Notes under the pieces: generated by a model
Databases searched by the model: none
What the model was told of the DNA's origin: nothing
Seen by the model: only the letters and a program-made list of their open reading frames with translations
Part shown: one piece after another, positions 18,206-25,100 of the stretch
Position numbering within the stretch: position 1 is the stretch's first letter
Layout of the letters: each line of letters starts with the position of its first letter
Origin: a virus
Length of the DNA: 64,000 bases
Strand: one strand, 5' to 3'
Virus record (IMG/VR): IMGVR_UViG_2551306471_000001
Location: 2,242 to 66,241 of that record
Translations under genes and position numbers: made by a program

Positions 18206-19305
18206 CAGGACCTCCCCGCTGCGGCGACGTCGGCGCGGACCCAAGCGATGGCCTCGTCGCGCGAGAGGCCGGTGTCCCGCGCCAGCGTGACGGCGAGCGA
18301 CAGGTCGGCGAGCGGGAGCCGCCCGGGCGGCAGGTCGACGTAGACGACGAGCTCTGTCCCCCTGTCGGCGGCCGGGGCGGCCGCACTGACCTGCACCTCC
18401 TTCGGCTTCCGGGGGCGACCGCCGGCCGGCAGGCCCAGGCGCTGCCATGCCTGGTAGACGGCGTTGACCGTGACGCCGTAGCGCGCGGCGAGCATCGACG
18501 CGGGCTGGTCGCCGGCGTGGTCGAGGCGCAGGGTCTCGACGTCGGGCATGCGCCCCCGGGCGCGGACCGTCAGGACCGGCGCGGCGCTTCCCTCGGTCGG
18601 CTGGGGCGCGGAGGCCTCCGGCGCGGCGGGCAGCACGATCTCGGACGTGGGGGAGAGGAGTGTCACAGGGGCGGCCTCGGGCGCGGGGGCGACGGGTGGC
18701 GATTCGGGGGCGACGGTCAGTCCGAGGCCCGGGAACACCGCGGCCACGGCGGTCGGGTCCTCCCCGGCCAGGGCGGCGCGCAGCGCGTCGCCGACCGGCG
18801 GCAGGACGTACCGGCCGGTCGTCGGTTGCTCGGGGACGAGGCGGAGCGCGGCGCGGATCACCCGCCCGACGGCGGCCTCGTGCGCGTGCATCGCGTCCCG
18901 CTCCGCGATGGCCGCGGCGTCGCCCCGGTTGGCGGCGTGCCCGATCCGCGCAGCCCGGCCGCGCTCCTCGGCCGACACGCGCACGTAGTCGAGGCCGCGC
19001 ATGTCGAAACACGAGCGACCGCCATTGTCGTAGATCCCGGCGGCTCGCTCGCCCCGAGTCGTGCTGCCGAGGACGTAGGAGGCCTCGACAGCGACGGCGG
19101 CATCCTCGTCCGTGTATGAGCGGGCGCGGCGCGCCCGCGGGGCCTCGCCCATGACGGCGCGTCCGGTCCGGGCGATGGCGCAGAGCGTGCGCTCGTCCAT
19201 CCAGTGCCACCGGGCGGCCGCGGCCTCCAGGCCGTGGGAGGCGACGAGGCGCGCGACGGCCTCCGGCTTGGGCCGCATGTAGGCGGCCTGATCGACGCAC
19301 GTCAC
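18205..19305 (-). CDS. Hypothetical protein with C-terminal HTH-like segment
   Basis: SMLAARYGVTVNAVYQAWQRLGL; Pro/Ala linker. Confidence 0.65.
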   Translation of the reverse strand: MTCVDQAAYMRPKPEAVARLVASHGLEAAAARWHWMDERTLCAIARTGRAVMGEAPRARRARSYTDEDAAVAVEASYVLGSTTRGERAAGIYDNGGRSCFDMRGLDYVRVSAEERGRAARIGHAANRGDAAAIAERDAMHAHEAAVGRVIRAALRLVPEQPTTGRYVLPPVGDALRAALAGEDPTAVAAVFPGLGLTVAPESPPVAPAPEAAPVTLLSPTSEIVLPAAPEASAPQPTEGSAAPVLTVRARGRMPDVETLRLDHAGDQPASMLAARYGVTVNAVYQAWQRLGLPAGGRPRKPKEVQVSAAAPAADRGTELVVYVDLPPGRLPLADLSLAVTLARDTGLSRDEAIAWVRADVAAAGRS

Positions 19306-19577
19306 AGCAAGGTCTCCTGGGTTGGGGCCGCGGCGCGCGGCAGCCGGGGCGCCGGGCGCGGCGTCGGCGGGAAGGGGCGGACGGCGACGACGGCCGGGCG
19401 GGGCTCGGGCGCGAGCGGCGCGAGGGGGACGAGCGCCGGGCGGGGCGCCGACGCGTCGAACGAGGGCGACGGCGGCAGCATCAGGACGGCGAGGAACTCG
19501 GGGAAGCCGCGGGCGATCTCAGCCTCGACGCGCTCGCGGGACCAGTACGTCGGCTGGACGGCGGCGGCCTCGCTCAC
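19302..19577 (-). CDS. Pro-rich hypothetical protein
   Basis: Coupled to both neighbours. Confidence 0.55.
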   Translation of the reverse strand: MSEAAAVQPTYWSRERVEAEIARGFPEFLAVLMLPPSPSFDASAPRPALVPLAPLAPEPRPAVVAVRPFPPTPRPAPRLPRAAAPTQETLL

Positions 19578-19795
19578 GACCGGCCTCCCACGGGGACGAT
19601 GCGGCGCTCCAGGCCGAGGCCGGCGAGGAGGCGGTCCCCGGCGGGGCGGCGGCCGTGGCGGACGTCCAGGACATAGGCCGTCGACAGCCCCATGCGGCGC
19701 GCGACCGCCGCGGCGGAGCCCTCCGTCTCAATCGCGTCCCTCAGTAGTTCTCGCGGGTCGGGCGCGCCCCCACCCGGTTGCACCGTAGTTATCAT
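19574..19795 (-). CDS. Cro-like HTH protein
   Basis: GSAAAVARRMGLSTAYVLDVRHGRRPAGDRLLAGLGL; first gene of the leftward early operon. Confidence 0.75.
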   Translation of the reverse strand: MITTVQPGGGAPDPRELLRDAIETEGSAAAVARRMGLSTAYVLDVRHGRRPAGDRLLAGLGLERRIVPVGGRS

Positions 19796-19878
19796 TTTGG
19801 CTCCCTGAGGCTCCCGCCAGCACAGTTGCGTGGCTGTTGCCAACAGACATGCGCTTTCACTGCCGATTCGGGAAGACC

Positions 19879-19916
19879 CCGTTCAATGCGACAAGAAAAG
19901 TTGTCGCATTGAACGG
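19879..19916. promoter_or_regulatory. Perfect 16-bp inverted repeat (operator-like) in divergent promoter region
   Basis: CCGTTCAATGCGACAA-GAAAAG-TTGTCGCATTGAACGG. Confidence 0.75.
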
Positions 19917-20030
19917 CTGAAGGCGATCCTTCGAAATTCGAAGCTTTCTTTTTTCGGCTGGAATACTTGCGGTGGGGCGGGCGGAGGTCCACGCTTAGGC
20001 AGTTGCCAATTGCCACGCAGGATTCGCCCC

Positions 20031-20972
20031 GTGATCACGCTCCTCCTCCTCGCCCTCACCGTCGCGGCGCTCGCCGCCTCGGCCGCCGCGGCGGTCTCCC
20101 GCCCCCTCGACGAGCCGGTCCCCGTCGAGGCTGCCCTGCCGGTCGCAGCCCTGGGGCTGTCCTGGCGCCGCCTACGTGAAGTCCAGACGCGGAACGGCGA
20201 CCGCGTCCTCTGGGCCGGAGAGGGCGACGCGACGGCCTACTCGCGGGCCTACAGCCTCGCCCGGGACGCGCTGCGCGCAGCCGGGTTCTCGTGGGGGACC
20301 GCCGAGCGCTCCGGCGGCCGGTTGATCCCGCTGTGCTGGGAGGACCCGGCGGCTGAGCCCGCGTCGCTCGACGCCGCACTGGCAGCGGCCGACGCGGCGC
20401 TCGCGGCCGACGACGCCCGAATCGAGCGCGGTGAGCGCATGAAGAAGGAGATGCGGGAGGACGCCGCCCGCCGGGTCGCCGACGACAGCCGGGCCGCCCT
20501 GGCGGCGCTACGCGAGAGCCTCGACCGGCTGCACTGGGCCTGGCCGAAGAAGAAGCGCGACGTCGCGGAGACGCTCCTGCGCGAGCCGATGGAGGTCGAC
20601 GACGTGCCCCGTGTCGCCGTCGCCGACCTCGCGCGGAAGCTCGTCTCCCAGGTCGACGAGGCCATCCAGCGGGTGCGGGAGCGCCTCGCCCGCGACCCGA
20701 GCCACGACTGGGTGGCGCGGGCGCAGGACCCCGAGGTGCGCCGGGCCGTCCTGACGGCGGTGCAGATCCTCTGCAGCCACGACGAGGATCGGGCGTCGCT
20801 GGAGAACGGCGTCGGCTGGGGCAAGAGCCACTCGCACGCGGGGCACGTCCTCGGCAGCCTGAGCGAGCTCTCCGTCATCGAGGCTAGCCAGGCGCTCGCG
20901 GCGGTCTACCGGCATCGGAAGCAGATCAGGCCGGAGCTCCGGGCGGCCATCTTCGGCTCTTCGGAGGCCTAG
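20031..20972 (+). CDS. Hypothetical protein with N-terminal hydrophobic segment
   Basis: GTG start inferred; C-terminal D.A..ENGVG.GK...AGH.L....RHRKQI motif. Confidence 0.65.
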   Translation: MITLLLLALTVAALAASAAAAVSRPLDEPVPVEAALPVAALGLSWRRLREVQTRNGDRVLWAGEGDATAYSRAYSLARDALRAAGFSWGTAERSGGRLIPLCWEDPAAEPASLDAALAAADAALAADDARIERGERMKKEMREDAARRVADDSRAALAALRESLDRLHWAWPKKKRDVAETLLREPMEVDDVPRVAVADLARKLVSQVDEAIQRVRERLARDPSHDWVARAQDPEVRRAVLTAVQILCSHDEDRASLENGVGWGKSHSHAGHVLGSLSELSVIEASQALAAVYRHRKQIRPELRAAIFGSSEA

Positions 20973-21047
20973 CCATCCGCCCTGGTCTCTTGCTCGCCCC
21001 CGCCGAAAATACCCCTGTCACCCCATTCTCAAGGATCACCCGTCCCC

Positions 21048-21641
21048 ATGCGCCGTCTCCTCATCGCCGCCATCCTTGCTATCCTGTCCGCCCCCCGGCT
21101 CGTCCTCGAAGCCGGCAAGTGGGTCCTGAGGTCCTTCGCTGCCCCGCCCATGCCGGCGGGCCTGGAGGTCGAGCAGGCCATGGATGCCGTCCGGCACGCC
21201 GCGGCCCCCACGCCCGCCCCGGCGGCGGACACCGTCCCCTCCGAGGACACCGTCCACGTCGCGCAGCCCTTCGTCAGCCGGACACCGTCCGAGGCGGAGG
21301 AGGCCCTCAGGGAGTGGGGCCGCATCGCAAGGGCCTACGCGAACACCCGCTGGTCGACGGACCCGGAACCGGACATGCGCGCCCTGGACGAGTCGGCGGA
21401 GGCCTGGCTGCGGTCGCTGACCGACAAAGAGTGCCTCCGCCTCCTGGACTTCTCCCCGCGCCGCGTGAGCGACCACATGACTGGCTCGCACCTGATCTCG
21501 GGCCTGCCCCGCTGCATCGTCCGCCCGGCCTGGATGCAGCCCATCGAGCTCATCCCCTCCGACGGTGATCTGTACGAGGCGGTGAAGGCCGACCAAGCCA
21601 GGGACCCCTCGCTCGTCCCCGGGTACCGCGTCGCCGCCTGA
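21048..21641 (+). CDS. Hypothetical protein with N-terminal hydrophobic segment
   Basis: 197 aa, followed by terminator. Confidence 0.65.
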   Translation: MRRLLIAAILAILSAPRLVLEAGKWVLRSFAAPPMPAGLEVEQAMDAVRHAAAPTPAPAADTVPSEDTVHVAQPFVSRTPSEAEEALREWGRIARAYANTRWSTDPEPDMRALDESAEAWLRSLTDKECLRLLDFSPRRVSDHMTGSHLISGLPRCIVRPAWMQPIELIPSDGDLYEAVKADQARDPSLVPGYRVAA

Positions 21642-21663
21642 GGCCTGCCCCCCCGGAACGACT

Positions 21664-21699
21664 GAGGCCCGCTCCCTTCCGGGGCGGGCCTCTTCTTTT
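21664..21699 (+). terminator. Intrinsic terminator
   Basis: GAGGCCCGCTCC/GGGGCGGGCCTC stem followed by TTCTTTT. Confidence 0.75.
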
Positions 21700-21763
21700 G
21701 CCTGCGCGCACCTGCGACAGCCTGCCGCGCATCGGGCCGCGGAAAGGGCGAGAAAAGTGTTGC

Positions 21764-21822
21764 GCCTTGCCCTGTGCACACTTGTGCGCACACGAGAGCA
21801 TGACGTCGTGCGCACGTCATGC
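21764..21822. repeat. 28-bp conserved motif plus hairpin, copy 1 of 3
   Basis: GCCTTGCCCTGTGCACACTTGTGCGCAC, identical at 42308 and 47809. Confidence 0.9.
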
Positions 21823-21833
21823 CGACGTCATGC

Positions 21834-22184
21834 TCACGCAGCCCGGAGCTCCCGGGCGGCCTTGGCGAGGCGGACGAGGCGGCCCTCGGCCTCCAGGGCG
21901 CGCGACCGCATCCGGGCGAGGTCGTCGCGCAGCCGGGCATTCTCGGTCCGGATGGCGGCGTTCTCGGCCCGGAGGCGGGCGGCCTCCTGCTGCGAGGCGA
22001 CGAGCGCGGCGCGCTGGCGCTCGACGGCGTAGACCGCGCGCTCAGTGGCGCTGGCGTTGCGGTGGGCCTGGGCCTCGTCGGCTGCGGCTTGCCGGGCGCG
22101 TCCGGCCTGGATGCTGTTGTGGAGGGCCCCGGCCAGAGCGAGGCCACCGCGGTCGAAGGTGTTGGCGATGGAGTGCGGGTTCAT
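21834..22184 (-). CDS. Coiled-coil hypothetical protein
   Basis: 116 aa; GGAGG RBS upstream. Confidence 0.65.
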   Translation of the reverse strand: MNPHSIANTFDRGGLALAGALHNSIQAGRARQAAADEAQAHRNASATERAVYAVERQRAALVASQQEAARLRAENAAIRTENARLRDDLARMRSRALEAEGRLVRLAKAARELRAA

Positions 22185-22372
22185 GGCGGGCCTCCCTACG
22201 TGAGTGAGGCCACGATCCCAGCTCAGGGACTCGCCGTGAAGCCGGGGTCAAGGGTTTTCCCTGGGCGCGGTGGTGACCGGACACCGCCGCAGGACCTTTG
22301 ATGAGAGGGTGGTTAGCAACCCGTTACTTCAGTCGAATGTAACGCGGTGTGGGAAGTACGCCGTCCGCCGAT

Positions 22373-22783
22373 TCAGCGCCCCAGGCCGAGCCGGATGAGC
22401 ACGGCCCGCTTGGCCTGGGGCTGCCCGATGCCCTTCGCCTCGACGAGCTCCTGCATGGCGCCGACGACGACGTCCTGGAGGCTGATGTTCAGGCCGCCGA
22501 GCTTCTTCGTCTGCGCGATGGTGCGGACGTGCCCCCGGCGGGCGCAGGCTGCGACGACCGCGCCGATGATGGCGGCGTCGACGGTGCGCGGGTCGGGGAT
22601 GCCCGCCTCGCGACGCCTGGCCCGCTCCTCCCTCTTGCGCTCGGCTTCGGCCCGCTTGGCAGCGGCGGCCCGGGCGGATGCGGTCTCGGGAGCCCCGGAC
22701 GCGTCCGGCTCCGGGGCGGCCGCCGGCGCGAGGCCCGGCGCGAAATCGTCGTTGGGGGCCGGGAATGCCTCGATGTCGAACAT
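22373..22783 (-). CDS. Hypothetical protein, paralogue of 4729-5061
   Basis: EAGIPDPRTVDAAII motif; GGAGG RBS. Confidence 0.7.
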   Translation of the reverse strand: MFDIEAFPAPNDDFAPGLAPAAAPEPDASGAPETASARAAAAKRAEAERKREERARRREAGIPDPRTVDAAIIGAVVAACARRGHVRTIAQTKKLGGLNISLQDVVVGAMQELVEAKGIGQPQAKRAVLIRLGLGR

Positions 22784-22868
22784 GGGGTACCTCCGTGGTG
22801 ATGGAGGCCATGGTCCCCCTCGGAGGGGAAACCCACAACGGATGGTGTCCGGCGGATGGTGTCCGGGT

Positions 22869-23282
22869 TCAGCCAGCCGCCGGCGTCCGCGGGCGCAGGG
22901 TGATGACGACCTCGTAGCCGAGGCTGTTGGCCACCGCGAAGAGCCTGTCCCAGCCCCAGCGCGCCAGGTGCCCTGCGCGGAGCTCGCCGCGGGTCAACGG
23001 GTCCTTCATGCCCTCGGGCCGGGAGAGCCGGCACGGCTTGGCCGAGGGGACCGCCCCCTTCACCTTGCGGCAGAACGCCATGACGTCGCCGCGGAAGGCG
23101 GTGGCGATCTGCGCCGCGAATCCGTCGCGGGCGATGGCGGCGTCGGCCCGTCCCCGGGCGGCGTCGTGGCGGGCGACGAGCTCGTCGCCGGTGACGCCGT
23201 GCAGGCGGCGGGCCGCCAGAATGGCCGAGGCGAGGACCGCCCGGGCCGCGAGTTCGTCCTGGTGATGCTGAGCCGACTGCAC
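22869..23282 (-). CDS. XRE-family HTH protein
   Basis: C-terminal RAGHLARWGWDRLFAVANSLGYEVVITL. Confidence 0.65.
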   Translation of the reverse strand: MQSAQHHQDELAARAVLASAILAARRLHGVTGDELVARHDAARGRADAAIARDGFAAQIATAFRGDVMAFCRKVKGAVPSAKPCRLSRPEGMKDPLTRGELRAGHLARWGWDRLFAVANSLGYEVVITLRPRTPAAG

Positions 23283-23328
23283 GACGCTAACCCCCGAGCG
23301 CCGCTCGGTTTTCCGAATCGCGCGCTGA

Positions 23329-23343
23329 GAACAGCGTACGAAC
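23329..23343. promoter_or_regulatory. LexA (SOS) box upstream of the XRE gene
   Basis: GAAC-AGCGTAC-GAAC, exact GAAC-N7-GAAC, 47 nt from the GTG at 23282. Confidence 0.6.
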
Positions 23344-23451
23344 GGGGTGCGCAGTCACAATGGCAGGCGTGTCCCGTTCAGCGTCGCACCGGGCAGGTCG
23401 TTGGCCCGCTGGTCCCGAACCGGGCGCCCCCGAGCGCGTTGGGTCGCCCCC

Positions 23452-23742
23452 TCAAGCCGCGGCGGGTGGCGATTCGTCCGCGTACCCCACCCATACCCCG
23501 ACACGGATCTCGACCGGGATGCCGAGGCGGCGGGCTATCGCAATGAGCCGGTCGGGCCCCCAGCGCAGTTGGCCCTCCTTCAGCTTCCAGTGCGAGTTCC
23601 GGTCCCACCGGTCGAGGCCGGCGCGCTCCTGGAACTCCTGCCACGTCATGGGCGGGACGTCGCGGGACGGGTGCAGCACGCGGAGGATCTCCGCGTGGAG
23701 GTGCTTGCAAAGCGTCGCGATGGGGCCGTCGGGTGCGTGCAT
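23452..23742 (-). CDS. XRE-family HTH protein
   Basis: LKEGQLRWGPDRLIAIARRLGIPVEIRV, related to 22869-23282. Confidence 0.6.
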   Translation of the reverse strand: MHAPDGPIATLCKHLHAEILRVLHPSRDVPPMTWQEFQERAGLDRWDRNSHWKLKEGQLRWGPDRLIAIARRLGIPVEIRVGVWVGYADESPPAAA

Positions 23743-23818
23743 GCCGCCATGGTCGCCCGGGGCGCGCCCGGCGCCAGCGGCCCGGGGCCCCGCCGTAGGC
23801 CCGCCGGTCCCGACCGCG

Positions 23819-24649
23819 TCAGGGGGCGACGGAGAACGGGGTGTAGGCGTTCGAGTGGCTCGGGTCGGCGGTGGTGTTCAGCCGCGAGTTCGAGCTCACG
23901 GCCAGCGTCTGCAGGGTGCCGAGCTTGTCGTACAAGTCGGCCACGATGGCATCCAGCGTCTTCTTCCGCGTGGCGTCCCGGACGATGCTCGACGAGTACA
24001 TCTCGCCGACGGCGACGCGCGCCCAGTACGGCGCCGGGATCTTGAACCCCCCGCCGACGTCGAGGTCGAACGTGGCGCCCGGCGCGGTCCCGGGCGGGGC
24101 CTCCCAGTAGAGCTGATAGTAGTAGGTGAACCCGGCCTCGCTCACGAGGATCTGGTCGTTGACCTGGTACTGCACGTTCGCGTCGTACATGCCCCGGAAG
24201 CGGACGGCGTCCCGCCCGGCCGGGACCATCAGCACCAGGCGCGACGCCTCGACGTCCAGCCGCAGGCTGCCCATCGGGTTCGGCACGGTCGGGTCCGGCG
24301 TCGCGGCCGCGGTGTGCCCCGTCAGGACGAAGTAGGCGCCGGGCTTGGGATGGATGTCGAGGCCGACGACGACGATGTCGCCCGGGACGTAGGTCGCCCC
24401 GGCCTGCCAGGGGCCGCGGAAGCGGACCGGCTTGGACGGCAGTTGGAACGGGCCGAACGACCGGTTGGCCGTCGTCAGGACGGTGACCGTGGCGGCGTCG
24501 GCGTCCCACTCGATGGACCGCAGGCCCTCCATCGCGCCGAGCGCGCGCAGGGTGTCGATGGCGTCGTCGAGCGCCTCGAAGTTGGCGTCCATCTCCTCGG
24601 GGGAGAGCGGACGCCCGCCGAGGTCCTTCCAAAGTGAGAGCGCGGTCAT
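23819..24649 (-). CDS. Tail fibre/receptor-binding-like protein
   Basis: N-terminal GRPLSPEEMDANFEAL fibre anchor motif; two FRG.W/Y...Y...D.V repeats (CBM-like). Confidence 0.7.
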   Translation of the reverse strand: MTALSLWKDLGGRPLSPEEMDANFEALDDAIDTLRALGAMEGLRSIEWDADAATVTVLTTANRSFGPFQLPSKPVRFRGPWQAGATYVPGDIVVVGLDIHPKPGAYFVLTGHTAAATPDPTVPNPMGSLRLDVEASRLVLMVPAGRDAVRFRGMYDANVQYQVNDQILVSEAGFTYYYQLYWEAPPGTAPGATFDLDVGGGFKIPAPYWARVAVGEMYSSSIVRDATRKKTLDAIVADLYDKLGTLQTLAVSSNSRLNTTADPSHSNAYTPFSVAP

Positions 24650-24656
24650 GACGCCG

Positions 24657-24693
24657 AGGCTGCCCGGCGCCGCGTGTCCCGTTCCAGTCCACG
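24657..24693 (-). promoter_or_regulatory. Putative late promoter; leaderless start predicted
   Basis: CGTG-N13-CACGC dyad, GGGACAC, 11 nt, CAGCCT, 7 nt, ATG. Confidence 0.75.
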
Positions 24694-24707
24694 GGCGCCG
24701 GCGCGCC

Positions 24708-25097
24708 CTAGAACGACGTCGCCCAGTTCGAGCCGGGGAACACCCCCGAGAAGGCGTCGGTCGCCGTGCCCTTCGACGGGTTCGACGCGTCGACGAGGGT
24801 GGGGTCGGCGCGCCAGCCGACGACCTGGGCCGAGACGATGACCGTGGTCACGCGCGTGCCGTCGGCCTGGTCCCGGACGTCGGCGAAGATCGGGCTGGGC
24901 GCGTAGCTGACGTAGGCGAACGAGGCGAGCGCCGAGCCGACGTCGACCGCCGCCTCGTAGCCGGGGGTCGTCCCGTCGAGGGGCGCCGCCCCGCTGCGCG
25001 CGGCCAGCATCGCCTGCTCGCGCTGCTTGGCCTCGATGAGTTGGTTGACCGCCCGGGCGAACTCGTTGGGGGTCACCGTGATGCCGTTGTCAGCCAT
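24708..25097 (-). CDS. Tail tip-associated hypothetical protein
   Basis: Position between hub and fibre genes. Confidence 0.6.
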   Translation of the reverse strand: MADNGITVTPNEFARAVNQLIEAKQREQAMLAARSGAAPLDGTTPGYEAAVDVGSALASFAYVSYAPSPIFADVRDQADGTRVTTVIVSAQVVGWRADPTLVDASNPSKGTATDAFSGVFPGSNWATSF

Positions 25098-25100
25098 GGC

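Noticed and set aside
19830-20030. N-terminal extension of the 380-aa ORF
   Set aside because: Overlaps the operator palindrome and AT-rich promoter; GTG at 20031 is the more plausible start.
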